A stretch of 40,768 bases of DNA from a virus. Taxonomy: Duplodnaviria; Caudoviricetes. Shown here one piece after another: positions 1-9,642 of the stretch. The stretch lies in IMG/VR virus record IMGVR_UViG_3300014657_000050, positions 1 to 40,768 of that record, one strand, 5' to 3'. The notes below the pieces were generated by a model. That model ran no database searches. It saw only the letters and a program-made list of their open reading frames with translations, and was not told where the DNA came from. The number at the start of each line of letters is the position of its first letter. The stretch's first letter is position 1. The position numbers and the translations under genes are program-made.

Positions 1-240
1 CCTACGGTAAGAGAAAGCCGCCCCGATAGCGGGGCTGGCGCGCCCGCAGATGAAATCGAAATCACGCCTGAGATGCTTCGGGCGGGGGTAGACGCTATTG
101 ACCTATGGAGTGCGTCTGACTTGTCGGAATGGAAGGCGATAGACGTTTACCGGCAGATGGAGCGAGCGCGCCGCGCTACGGCAGTTTTGACGGTTCCGGA
201 ACCCCAGGAAGGCGCGTCGCCCCAATCTCAAACAGCTTAG
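1..240 (+). CDS. IS passenger small protein (EIEITPEMLRAG motif), 5' partial
   Basis: Frame 1 is open to TAG at 238-240 and is homologous to the ORF at 39808-40059. Confidence 0.55.
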   Translation, partial: PTVRESRPDSGAGAPADEIEITPEMLRAGVDAIDLWSASDLSEWKAIDVYRQMERARRATAVLTVPEPQEGASPQSQTA

Positions 241-386
241 AATCCTATAGCGAGCGCGAAACCATAGAGCGCCGGGAAGCGGCTCTCCGACGAATGCTTG
301 CAACCCCGCATAAGCCTCACTCTCAATCGAGGCCGACGAAATCCGGCAAGCACAAAAAAGACGACCCTACGAAAACCGGCCGGTGA
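129..386 (+). CDS. small IS1595-associated protein (start uncertain)
   Basis: YSERETIERREAALRRMLATPHKPH resembles a small ORF type I recall convergent to alphaproteobacterial IS1595 transposases. Confidence 0.45.
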   Translation: MEGDRRLPADGASAPRYGSFDGSGTPGRRVAPISNSLESYSERETIERREAALRRMLATPHKPHSQSRPTKSGKHKKDDPTKTGR

Positions 387-397
387 GCCGGTTTTTT
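372..397. terminator. bidirectional intrinsic terminator
   Basis: AAAACCGGC-cggtga-GCCGGTTTTTT between convergent ORFs. Confidence 0.7.
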
Positions 398-420
398 CGT
401 TCCATAGGGTATGGAAAACC

Positions 421-627
421 CTACGAAGAATGCCGCTCCAGATGATCTTCGGCAATCCGAAGTTCTCGACGCAACGCGCCGATTGTTTTTAGGCTTACGC
501 CGAAAGCGATTGCGCCCCCTCCCGCCCCATAAAACACTAGATGGGCCGAGCCGTCTGCATCAAGCGCCGCTCGACACTCCTCAAGAGTGATCGAATCGAT
601 GTCGCGACCATTATCGTCTGTTGGCAT
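421..627 (-). CDS. hypothetical IS passenger protein
   Basis: GGAGG RBS before ATG; downstream of the transposase on the same strand. Confidence 0.6.
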   Translation of the reverse strand: MPTDDNGRDIDSITLEECRAALDADGSAHLVFYGAGGGAIAFGVSLKTIGALRRELRIAEDHLERHSS

Positions 628-668
628 GACGTTTCCTCCATGCCAGGAATCGCCTAGCGACTTGTTTC

Positions 669-1586
669 CTAGTGCTTGGTTTCGTCAGGCTGCCGGTACG
701 TGAGACGCCGCCCTTGTGCGCCTTTTAGGGCCAGCGCCGCACGTTCCCCGTCTTTCAGCTTGCGGGTGTTCCATTTGAAGTCCCATTCGGTCAGGTAGCG
801 CTTCAAGTGTGCCTCTGACACGGAATGGTGCGCCCCGAAGATCGCTCGCTTCATCAGACTGAACCGCGCCTCGGCGTTGTTGATGTGAGCGAAGCCGCCG
901 AGAGCCACGTATTCGTCGGCAGAGTGGGTGACAGTCGTGTGGCCCGCGAACTGGCGACCAAGCGGCTCGTAGGAGCGCAGCTCATCGGTGACCAAATGCG
1001 AGCGCCTATCGACTACCTTGCCGATGGCCTCATGCAGCGTTTTGGCCTTTACGTTGGCAATATGGAATGAGCGGCTTTCCCCGTCCCGATCTACCAGCGC
1101 CAGGACGGTGTGCTTCTTCGGCTCTTTTTTGGCATAGGCGCGGTTGTGTTTCTTGCCGCCGATGACCGTTTCGTCAGCCTCGACCGCATGGCCCTTGCCA
1201 CCAATCGGGCCGACCTTGGCAGGCTTCATCGCCTCGCGGATGCGATGGCAGAGAAACCAAGCCGTTCGGTAGGAACCGAGGCCGAGCATCCGCTGGAGTT
1301 GGAGAGCAGACACGCTTTTCTTGCTGGCGGCCATGATGTGGGTCGCCATCAGCCACTTATGGAGCGGTATATGAGACCTTTCGAAAATCGTTCCGGTGCG
1401 AACGGTGAACTTTTCCCGGCAGTCATTACAAAGAAACATACCTGCTTGGGTCATACCTGCCATGCGATGAACATTAACAGAACCGCATAGCGGGCAAATC
1501 ACGCCGTCCGGCCACCTATCGGCCTCCATGTGGGCCGTGGCTTTGGTTTCATCGTGAAAAATCGGATTTGTGAGGTCGATATCCAT
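669..1586 (-). CDS. IS1595 family transposase
   Basis: N-terminal zinc ribbon CPLCG...CNDC, TVRTGTIFERSH, HTH region SYRTAWFLCHRIREAM, catalytic VEADET / TDE / NNAE, and HLKRYLTEWDFKWN. Confidence 0.95.
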   Translation of the reverse strand: MDIDLTNPIFHDETKATAHMEADRWPDGVICPLCGSVNVHRMAGMTQAGMFLCNDCREKFTVRTGTIFERSHIPLHKWLMATHIMAASKKSVSALQLQRMLGLGSYRTAWFLCHRIREAMKPAKVGPIGGKGHAVEADETVIGGKKHNRAYAKKEPKKHTVLALVDRDGESRSFHIANVKAKTLHEAIGKVVDRRSHLVTDELRSYEPLGRQFAGHTTVTHSADEYVALGGFAHINNAEARFSLMKRAIFGAHHSVSEAHLKRYLTEWDFKWNTRKLKDGERAALALKGAQGRRLTYRQPDETKH

Positions 1587-1588
1587 GG

Positions 1589-1807
1589 CTACTTGGCCTT
1601 CCTGGCTGCAATGGCTGCCGATTGAAGCTCAACGGCAAGAGCTTCAGCGGCGTCAGGAGTTATTCGAAACACAATCGTTTCGGGCCGATCTGCCACAAAG
1701 GCCCGCAAGCGCACCTCAACGATCCCGCTTAGCGGAAGCGCTATGGCTGATTGCGCGTCTGGCAGGCCAAACGGCCCGGGCGGTTGAAATTTCACATTCG
1801 GCGACAT
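1589..1807 (-). CDS. hypothetical IS passenger upstream of transposase
   Basis: GGAGG RBS; lies between the IS end and the transposase and is tightly coupled to it. Confidence 0.6.
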   Translation of the reverse strand: MSPNVKFQPPGPFGLPDAQSAIALPLSGIVEVRLRAFVADRPETIVFRITPDAAEALAVELQSAAIAARKAK

Positions 1808-1871
1808 GGCCTTATCCTCCGATGGATAAAGCCTATGCTGAGCGTCATGCTAAGTCAAGTGCATAATTGCC

Positions 1872-2235
1872 AAAAGCTGCGCGGCAAAAAGGTCGCGCCT
1901 TTGACTTGACTATGGAATGGTTTGAGGTCCGCTTTAAGGCTGGCGTTTGCGAACTTTCGGGACTTCCGTTCGCTATGGAGAATCCTGGTACCGGCCGCAA
2001 CCCTAACGCCCCGTCTGTTGATCGAATTGATTCTAGTCGCGGCTACACTGTGGATAATTGCCGCCTGATCCTATGGTCGCTCAATCGCGCGCTCAACAAC
2101 TATGGCGAAGGATACATCTTCAAGATATTCCGCGCCGTATTCGCGCACCAAAAGAGGCAACGCAAGAAACTGTGCTCGTCCTCGCAACTGACCATGGCCA
2201 TGATGTTAGACCAGCCGACCCTCGGATCAGCATAA
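1872..2235 (+). pseudogene. HNH-like endonuclease, N-terminus removed by IS insertion
   Basis: FDLT...CELSGLPF...PSVDRIDSSRGYTVDNCRLI motif. The apparent TTG start lies inside the IS end. Confidence 0.7.
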
Positions 2236-3332
2236 TGCCCTGCACCATGGCGCACATGGATACGCTTGCTGACTCCTTACGTCTGCTCGACATCGAGGAA
2301 TTGCAGGCGCAAGGCAAAGGGCCGCGGGCGGTGCTGCGGGCCTCGATCAAGGGCTCGCTGTGGTGCCGGACGTACCTGTATGACGGCGAAGTGGCGGCGA
2401 TGATGGGGCTGGGCGGCGTGGCGATGGACGACCTGGGGCGGCCATGGTTCTTAACGTCGGAGGTGATCTACCGGCCGAATGCCTGGACGGTGGTGAAAGA
2501 GTGCCGCAAGGGCGTGGAGCTGATGGTTCAGATGAAGCCCCGCTTGGAGAATTACGTGCTGGCGAAGTATGAGCAGGCGGTGCGATTGCTTAATATTCTA
2601 GGATTTCATCTTGACCCTCCTGCACCGTTTGGTCCTCAAGCAAAGTTGTTTCGCCGTTTTCATTTGGATCGTGAAGTCTTTCTCCGGCGACAACAACAAG
2701 AACCAAGGCGCCGGCGTGGCGCGCAATTCCAGCCGTTCATCGTGTTCACTGCGGGCCGCTCGCGAACGGCATGGCTCAGCGCTTTTTTGGACTATGGCGA
2801 GTGCCGTTGCCAATGCGAGATTGCGATGAAGTTCTGCAACCTTTCCGATCTCGCGAGTTTTTTTGCCGATCGCCGAAGTGGCTGCGTAGAAACCGCAGCC
2901 TCGCCGGGCTGGCAACTCATAAGGCATTTGTTTCCGAACTTGCGGCTTGCCGTGGTGCGTCGGCCCACCGAGGAAATCATCGCCAGTTCGGCCTGGACGC
3001 TCGGGCAACTTGGGCCCTTCGATGAGAAACGATTGCGAAGGGTCGTCGAGTACGAAAACCGCTGCCTTGACAAGATTGCGGCCCTTCCGGGCACGATGAC
3101 GGTCGATTTTGATGCTTTGGAAAAAGAAGAAGTCTGCCGCCAAATGTTTGAGTATTGCTTGCCTTATCAGTTCGACAGAAAATGGTGGTTCGCAATGCGC
3201 GACCAAAATATTCAACTGAACATGCCGGAAATGATCCGATACTACCAGGCTAACTTTCCTCGGATCGAGTCGTTCCGCCGCGCTTGCAAAAGCGAACTGG
3301 TGCGATTGGCCCGTGCGGGAGCTTTTGCCTAG
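2172..3332 (+). CDS. T7 gp13-like (GNAT-fold) protein fused to a sulfotransferase-like P-loop domain
   Basis: N-half GRPWFLTS...LENYV...AVRLLNILGF; C-half FTAGRSRTAWLSAFL...VVRRP. Lies just before the ejection genes. Start uncertain (GTG 2172 or ATG 2235). Confidence 0.75.
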   Translation: MLVLATDHGHDVRPADPRISIMPCTMAHMDTLADSLRLLDIEELQAQGKGPRAVLRASIKGSLWCRTYLYDGEVAAMMGLGGVAMDDLGRPWFLTSEVIYRPNAWTVVKECRKGVELMVQMKPRLENYVLAKYEQAVRLLNILGFHLDPPAPFGPQAKLFRRFHLDREVFLRRQQQEPRRRRGAQFQPFIVFTAGRSRTAWLSAFLDYGECRCQCEIAMKFCNLSDLASFFADRRSGCVETAASPGWQLIRHLFPNLRLAVVRRPTEEIIASSAWTLGQLGPFDEKRLRRVVEYENRCLDKIAALPGTMTVDFDALEKEEVCRQMFEYCLPYQFDRKWWFAMRDQNIQLNMPEMIRYYQANFPRIESFRRACKSELVRLARAGAFA

Positions 3333-3887
3333 ATGTCGGTTGCACTCGCATCCGTTGGAGCATCGTTGGCTGGCGCCGGTATCGGCGCCATGGGTGCCTA
3401 CGAGTCGGGGCAAGCCACCTCGGCCGCTGCCGCCTATCAGGCGCAGGTGGCGCTCAACAATGCCGCCATTGCGCGGCAGAACGCCGAACTGGCGATGCAG
3501 TCGGGCGAGCAGCAAGTCGGCATCCAGGGCATGAAAACCCGTGCCGCCGTCGGTGCCGAGAAAGCTGGCGAAGCAGCCTCGGGCGTCGATGTCAACAAGG
3601 GCTCGTTCGTGTCGGCGCGGGCGGGGACCGCCGAACTCGGCGCACTCGATGCGCTGACGATCCGCTCCAATGCGGCCAAGCAGGCTTATGGCTATGAAGT
3701 GGCGGCGACTTCGAATACCGCGCAGGCGCAACTCGATACGTTCGAGAGCCAGCAGGCGAAGGACGCGGGGCTGGTGAGTGCGCTCGGCACGGCGATCGGC
3801 GGCGTGGGGAGTGCCGGATTGAACTACGCGAAGATGACCAATGCCGGGTTTGGCAATTCGATTACCGGAGCGGTGAGCACGTTGTGA
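3333..3887 (+). CDS. internal virion/ejection protein (gp14-like)
   Basis: Ala/Gly-rich; AASGVDVNKGS and DALTIRSNA motifs; position. Confidence 0.8.
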   Translation: MSVALASVGASLAGAGIGAMGAYESGQATSAAAAYQAQVALNNAAIARQNAELAMQSGEQQVGIQGMKTRAAVGAEKAGEAASGVDVNKGSFVSARAGTAELGALDALTIRSNAAKQAYGYEVAATSNTAQAQLDTFESQQAKDAGLVSALGTAIGGVGSAGLNYAKMTNAGFGNSITGAVSTL

Positions 3888-4333
3888 TGCGCTGGTTTGA
3901 AAAGATCGAACGCAGACGCAAGCCGGATTTCATCATCGGCGGCGCGGATCATCCTTATCTGCTGCGCTGGTGGATCATTCCGCGCAATCGGTTCTTCAAC
4001 ATCTACCTGCATAAGTTTTTGCGGAGCGATGACGATAGGGCGCTGCATGATCATCCGTGGCTGAATGTTTCTTATTTGCTTGCTGGCGGATACGTCGAGC
4101 ACACCATTCCGCAAGGTGGTGTGCAGGTCGCAAAGAAATACGCCGCTGGTGATCTGAAATTCCGCCGCGCCAAGGCCGCGCATCGCATTGAAATCGACAA
4201 ACCGTGCTGGTCGCTGTTCATTACCGGGCCCGTGGTGCGGGAGTGGGGCTTCCATTGCCCGGCGGGTTGGCGTCACTGGACAGTGTTCACTGACGCACGT
4301 GATCGCGGCTCTGTCGGTCGCGGCTGCGAGTAG
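3884..4333 (+). CDS. conserved phage hypothetical protein (cupin-like)
   Basis: IYLHKFLRSDDDRALHDHPW...GYVEH...HRIE...WSLFITGP..REWGF. Confidence 0.75.
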   Translation: MMRWFEKIERRRKPDFIIGGADHPYLLRWWIIPRNRFFNIYLHKFLRSDDDRALHDHPWLNVSYLLAGGYVEHTIPQGGVQVAKKYAAGDLKFRRAKAAHRIEIDKPCWSLFITGPVVREWGFHCPAGWRHWTVFTDARDRGSVGRGCE

Positions 4334-4336
4334 CTG

Positions 4337-7252
4337 ATGCCCTCCGCCCCGCACATTCTTGACGTTCAGGCTCCTTCCGTCGAGCCGTCCGGCGCGCCGC
4401 CGAACGACTATGAGAACATTCACGCCAATCCGGCGCAGTTCGGTGGCCTGCTCGGCGAAGCCGCGCAGAAGCTTGGCCAGGGCGTGGAGCGGGCTGGACA
4501 GGACGCGGCGGAAGCGTGGCTCGATACTGCGAACAAACAAAACCAGATTTGGGCCTCGCAGGCGCATTCGGACTTTCAGAACAAAGCATCGCCCATCCTG
4601 GAAAACTATCTGACCTTGCAGGGGCAGGCGGCGGTCAATGCGCGGCCTGACGTGCAGAGGCAGATTACCGACTTGCAGCAGGCGGCGATTGATGCCGCGC
4701 CAAGCCTCAACACCAAAATGCTACTGTCGGAGAATTTGCGGCGAACGACCGACTTCATGAACAGCCGCATCGTCTCGCACGCGGCGCAGCAGACGAACAC
4801 CTGGAACAAGACGGTGGCGCAAGGCGGCCAAGCTGCCGCCGCCGATCAGGGGGCGCTCGCGGCCTCAACCGGAGGCGCGCCGGACTTCGGCTACATGGAC
4901 GCGCAGTTGCGGCAAGTCGATATTGAAGCGCACAATCGCTACGGCGATGCTTTCGACTTGAACGATCCGCGGCAGAAGATAGCGTTCGATCAGGCGGTCA
5001 AAGAGGATAACGCTAAAGCGGTCTCGCTTTGGGTCAACCGCAAACTCGGCGATGAAAAAGACCCGAATGCCGTCGAGCATGCGCAGGACATTCTGCTGCG
5101 CTACGGCAACCAGATCGACCAGCCAACCCAGAACCGTCTGCATGATCTGGTCATCGGCAAGGGCGAAGATCACTACGCCCACATGGAGGCTATTCGCAAA
5201 ACCTCGCCGCTCGATGCTGGTGCCGTCCATGAGGGCGCGAACTTCATGCACCCCGGCGCGCAATACGGAACGCTGGGGCCTGGCCGCGAACTTGATCCGT
5301 CGCATTTGAGTGAGATCACGCTGTCGAACGGCCAGAAGGCGACCGTCAACAAAGCCTCGGCACCGGCCTTCACCGGCTTTCTCAATGAGCTGGTGGACGA
5401 TGGCGCGCCGATCGGCAATATCGGCGGCTACAATCCGCGTCCAGGAGGCATCGCGGGTGGCGGCATGATGAGCCAGCACACCATGGGCAACGCCATCGAC
5501 ATCGGCTCGCAGACCGGCCGCGATATTGTTTCATCGGACTTCCGGCAATGGGTGAAGGACAATCCCGACAAATGGCGCACGGCGCTTAATCGCTGGTCGA
5601 TCTATTCGGGCGGCGACTGGTCGCATCCCGACCTGGGGCATATCGAGTGGGCCGGGGGCGCGCCGGGAAGTTGGATGCCGAACGGCCAGACTTTGCCGGA
5701 TGCGTCGGCGGTGACGGCCTCGATCATGAACGACCCGAAGTACGCCGGGCGCCCGGAATTGCAGGACAAGGTGCTGCGGTTTTCGTTGTCGCGGTTGAAT
5801 CTGTTGCGTGCCGGCAATGCCGATCAGGCGGCCGATGTGGCGAACATGGCCCAGATCGCCACTGAACGGGCTCGCAACGGTGACTTTTCCATTCCGTTCC
5901 CGGATGATCGGCTTGGCGTTTTGGGGATGCGGCAGGCTGAGCAGGCGCGATTGGTTTATCAGTCCGCGCATCGTGAGGGCGAGTTTCAAAACGCAGGCGC
6001 GCTCGCGCCGCAGGCCGAAGCCGAAGCGTTGTTTGATGCCATCCAGAACAATCCGAATGCCGATGAAGCGGAAAAGGCCAAGGACGTTGCCGCCGCAACC
6101 GCGTTCATGAACAAGCGCAACGCGGCGCTGGGCCTTGGACCGAACGGCCCAACCAGTGCCGCCGACCCGGCGAAGTGGATCGCCGCGCACGATCCCGGCA
6201 CGCACGCATCCCTGATGGCACTCAACACCAAGAATCCGCCACCGGCGATCTTTGAGAATTATGCCAGAGGCGTGCTGGCGCAGCAGGAGCGCATGGGGTT
6301 GACCGAGCAGCAGACCCACGTGCTCACCCGCGAGGTGGCGACGAACTTTGCCAATAGCGTCGTCAATTCCGGGGACTCAAAGAAAGCTCTCGATGCCTTG
6401 CAGCAACAGATCGGCGCGGCATGGCCGCATGTGTTCCGCGACATGGTGCAGTATGGCAACCTGCCCATGGCCTATCAGGGCGTGTCGTTCTTGAACACGA
6501 CGCGATCCGATGGCTCGATGGACCCGCAAGGCAGCGCCGACGCTGCGTTGCTGTCGCGCTGGTTGCGCGAGGGCCGCACGGCGGAGAAGGAAGGATCGGC
6601 CAAGGATTTCGAGGAAAAGCTCAATTCAAGCCTGGGCGCGCGTCCGATCGGTGGCCAGCCGCCGGCGACGGCGATCAATTCGCTGATTGACACCAACCAG
6701 ACCGGGCTCGGGCAACTGTGGCAGTCGATGCAGGAATCCGGTGTCAGTCGGCCGCGGGTGGATGCGCTCCGCGACTCCGTGAAACAACTGGCTTACGCTA
6801 AGGTCTATTATCCCCCGCACGAAACCCCGAACGACGCAGCCAATCATGCGGCGGAAGCCTTCCTGCGCAACTGGCAATTCATGCCCACGGGCTCAGCGCG
6901 CGTGCCGGCCGATCGTTACGACACGGTGAACGCCAACGCGCAGGCGACTTTGGACTTTTGGAAGGCCAATCCGCACGAGCTTAATCTGCCGCCGGAGTAC
7001 CGGCAGAGCACTGACGACAAACGCCATGGCGTCGCCGAGGCGTCCGAGTATGTGGGTAAGCTTGAGGCTAATCCGCACTGGATCACGTCGCCCCATGCCG
7101 ATGCGCTGTGGCTCAAGGACGATCAGGGTTTCACGGTGCGGGACAAGCGCGGCAATCCGGTGTCGGTACCCTTCAACGCCGAACTGATGCAGGCCGCCCG
7201 GAGGCCACCAGCGTTCTCCGGGGCTGCCGGCGCTTATGCCATCTCGCCCTGA
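4337..7252 (+). CDS. ejection protein (gp15-like) with embedded M15-type peptidoglycan peptidase domain
   Basis: 971 aa, helical; GGYNPR...SQHTMGNAIDI...GGDW..PDLGHIEW zinc-peptidase motif. Confidence 0.8.
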   Translation: MPSAPHILDVQAPSVEPSGAPPNDYENIHANPAQFGGLLGEAAQKLGQGVERAGQDAAEAWLDTANKQNQIWASQAHSDFQNKASPILENYLTLQGQAAVNARPDVQRQITDLQQAAIDAAPSLNTKMLLSENLRRTTDFMNSRIVSHAAQQTNTWNKTVAQGGQAAAADQGALAASTGGAPDFGYMDAQLRQVDIEAHNRYGDAFDLNDPRQKIAFDQAVKEDNAKAVSLWVNRKLGDEKDPNAVEHAQDILLRYGNQIDQPTQNRLHDLVIGKGEDHYAHMEAIRKTSPLDAGAVHEGANFMHPGAQYGTLGPGRELDPSHLSEITLSNGQKATVNKASAPAFTGFLNELVDDGAPIGNIGGYNPRPGGIAGGGMMSQHTMGNAIDIGSQTGRDIVSSDFRQWVKDNPDKWRTALNRWSIYSGGDWSHPDLGHIEWAGGAPGSWMPNGQTLPDASAVTASIMNDPKYAGRPELQDKVLRFSLSRLNLLRAGNADQAADVANMAQIATERARNGDFSIPFPDDRLGVLGMRQAEQARLVYQSAHREGEFQNAGALAPQAEAEALFDAIQNNPNADEAEKAKDVAAATAFMNKRNAALGLGPNGPTSAADPAKWIAAHDPGTHASLMALNTKNPPPAIFENYARGVLAQQERMGLTEQQTHVLTREVATNFANSVVNSGDSKKALDALQQQIGAAWPHVFRDMVQYGNLPMAYQGVSFLNTTRSDGSMDPQGSADAALLSRWLREGRTAEKEGSAKDFEEKLNSSLGARPIGGQPPATAINSLIDTNQTGLGQLWQSMQESGVSRPRVDALRDSVKQLAYAKVYYPPHETPNDAANHAAEAFLRNWQFMPTGSARVPADRYDTVNANAQATLDFWKANPHELNLPPEYRQSTDDKRHGVAEASEYVGKLEANPHWITSPHADALWLKDDQGFTVRDKRGNPVSVPFNAELMQAARRPPAFSGAAGAYAISP

Positions 7253-9642
7253 TGGCTGACATCATCGCCGACACGATGCCATGGGAGCCGCCCGAGAGCG
7301 CGCGGCAACCGGACTTGGGCGCGCCGAGCCTCGGCGAAAAGATCGGCGCGCAGATCGGCGAGACTTCGGCCGAGGCCACGGGCGGCTTGGCGCGGGCGCT
7401 CTATCAGGGCCAGTACGAGGATAGCTGGTGGGGCCGCATCGCGCGCGGCATCGCGTTGTCCGGCGCCGGACAAGTCGGGCTATCCCCCGAGGACATCGGC
7501 ACCACGGGCGACTTGAAGCCCGTCGCGGCCCCGAAGGTTACGGCCGAGGAAGCCAACAAGCGCTACGCCCCGCTCGGTCCCGACGGCCAGCCGGTCAAGA
7601 TCACCGATCAGGACTTGCCCGAGCCGGTAGCGGCTTCCTTGGGCGAAGCCAAAGCGGCCGAACTCGACCGCGCCCGCATCCTTGGGGCTTATGGCCAGCA
7701 GAATGCGTGGCCGACACGGTTTGCCACCGGGACCGCCGCTTTCCTGATGGACCCGATTAATGTGGGGTCACTCTTCTTGCCAGGCGTCGGCGAGGAAACG
7801 ATGCTGGCGCAAATGGGGCGCGTCGGGCTTGGCACCACGGGAATTGTGGCGCGCACCGCAGCGCGGGCGGGCACAGGAGCCAGCGCCGGCTTCATTGGGC
7901 AGGCGGCCTTGGAGCCGCTGCGCTATGGGCTGGCGCAAGAGAACGACGCGGATTATTCGACGCGACAGGCGTTCATCAACCTGATGTACGGAGCCGCAGG
8001 CGGCGCGGTCATCAGTGCGGGCGTTGGCGCGCTGGGCGATGCTTTCCGCGCAACCTCGCGCTCGCCCGCGGTCAAGGCTGACGCCATGCGGGCAGCGACA
8101 TCGCAGATGGTGGATGGGCGGCCCATCGACGTTGGCCCGGTGGTCGACCCGCAAGAATCCCCATCAGCCACCGCAGCCGCGCAGCAGCAGAGCTACCGCA
8201 ACGGCTTCGCCCAGGGCATCCCGCAGGACGAATTCGACGCCACCAAAGAGGACATCTATGGCCGACCCGGAGAGCCCCGTAAGCCACCCGCCAAAGCCAA
8301 GACGCCCCGCGCCGCCCAAGCCGCCCCGGCGCCGGAGGAAGCGGAAGCTGCCGCGGCCCCCCTTCATGCCGAAGGAGCCGCACCCGCACGGCTGGCTGGC
8401 GAAGAAGGGGCTGCACCCGAAGTAGCGATCGATCACGACCACGATGTGGTTTCGGGCGCTGTCGGCAGCAAAGATCTCAATGGGCCGGTCTATATCGACC
8501 GCAACATCCCGGAATTCTCGCCGGTTCTGAAAGACGGTGAGGGCAATCCGGTACGCCTATGGGGCTTCCTCGCGACCCATGAGACCACCGAGCGGGCCTT
8601 GATGGCGGAAGGCGAGTCCTACGCCAAGGCCCATGTCACGGCAACCGCCGCCGAGCGCGACGCGGTCCATGCCGCAGGCGTCGATTGGGCGGCCTACACC
8701 CATGAGATCGACGGCTATCTGGCGTCGATCGAGCATGAAGCACCGAATCGCGTGCCGCCCGATCCGCATATCGATCCGAATGTGGCGATCGGGAAGCATA
8801 CCAGCGCGAACAAGAATGCGGCGTTGAACTCGCTTGTGCCGCGCACGCCGCTCGAAGGCTACGCGCCGATCCTCGCCGAGCACCAGAAATCCGGCATGAT
8901 CGAGAATGCCGAAGCTCTCAAGGACGCCAAGAAGTGGCGCACCGACAAAGGCTATGGCGGCGGGACGATCGAAGTGTTCAAGTCCGCGCACGCCGAGGCC
9001 GAGGCCCACGGCATGTCGATCGGCCAAGTCAATGCCGAGCGGGCCGCACTAGAGGCGGAAGCCGGCCCAAAGCTTGACGCGGCCTTAGCCGAAGTCGGAA
9101 TGCGGCCCGGTGACATCTCATCTGGAGAACGTGCCGCCACCCTCGACCTGATGATTAATCGTGGCTACGAGGACCCGATCAAGGCACTGGACTTGGTGCG
9201 GCTCAAGGACGTTGCGGACGGTAAGGAAATCGAGCACTTGGAGGCTGTTGCAGCGGCCGAGGGCGTTGTGGCACACGAGGAATCCCATGGCGATAATGTC
9301 AGCGAAGTTCCATTCGATCGTGAGCCAGGAATACGCGGAGAAGGCGCGCCACGCGAAGGGGAGCAAGCGCAAGGAATTGCGGCGCAAGGCGAAGCTGCAC
9401 GAGGCGCTGGCGAAGCGCAACCAGCAGTCCCAGCCATCTTCGCCGGACGTGAAGCCTACGCTCCCGCAACCGAACCCGACGCCGAACTGAGTGCGGCAAC
9501 AGCCGAAACCGACCTTGCCGCTCTGCCGCCATCCGCCCGCGCCGAGATCGCGGCGGCTGATGCAAACTTGACCGAGGCGCAGACCTTGCAGCAGGCTTAC
9601 GCGCAGGCGGCGATGTGTTTGATCGAGGGAGGCGAGGCATAA
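7252..9642 (+). CDS. internal virion/ejection protein
   Basis: TGATG coupling to the upstream gene; Gly/Ala-rich region with DPIN motif; position between ejection genes. Confidence 0.7.
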   Translation: MADIIADTMPWEPPESARQPDLGAPSLGEKIGAQIGETSAEATGGLARALYQGQYEDSWWGRIARGIALSGAGQVGLSPEDIGTTGDLKPVAAPKVTAEEANKRYAPLGPDGQPVKITDQDLPEPVAASLGEAKAAELDRARILGAYGQQNAWPTRFATGTAAFLMDPINVGSLFLPGVGEETMLAQMGRVGLGTTGIVARTAARAGTGASAGFIGQAALEPLRYGLAQENDADYSTRQAFINLMYGAAGGAVISAGVGALGDAFRATSRSPAVKADAMRAATSQMVDGRPIDVGPVVDPQESPSATAAAQQQSYRNGFAQGIPQDEFDATKEDIYGRPGEPRKPPAKAKTPRAAQAAPAPEEAEAAAAPLHAEGAAPARLAGEEGAAPEVAIDHDHDVVSGAVGSKDLNGPVYIDRNIPEFSPVLKDGEGNPVRLWGFLATHETTERALMAEGESYAKAHVTATAAERDAVHAAGVDWAAYTHEIDGYLASIEHEAPNRVPPDPHIDPNVAIGKHTSANKNAALNSLVPRTPLEGYAPILAEHQKSGMIENAEALKDAKKWRTDKGYGGGTIEVFKSAHAEAEAHGMSIGQVNAERAALEAEAGPKLDAALAEVGMRPGDISSGERAATLDLMINRGYEDPIKALDLVRLKDVADGKEIEHLEAVAAAEGVVAHEESHGDNVSEVPFDREPGIRGEGAPREGEQAQGIAAQGEAARGAGEAQPAVPAIFAGREAYAPATEPDAELSAATAETDLAALPPSARAEIAAADANLTEAQTLQQAYAQAAMCLIEGGEA

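Larger units (their letters stand above)
1..1871 (-). mobile_element. IS1595-family element with passenger ORFs (other end lies before position 1)
   Basis: Full IS1595 transposase at 669-1586. Terminal sequence 1854-1871 reads GGCAATTATGCACTTGAC on the minus strand and abuts an N-terminally truncated ORF. GC looks lower than the phage backbone. Confidence 0.85.

Noticed and set aside
1867-2235. Intact HNH gene starting at TTG 1867
   Set aside because: The start codon lies within the IS terminal repeat and has no RBS.
2598-3731. Long antisense and alternate-frame ORFs (also 5531-6319, 35283-35999 and others)
   Set aside because: Shadow ORFs of high-GC genes with no motifs.
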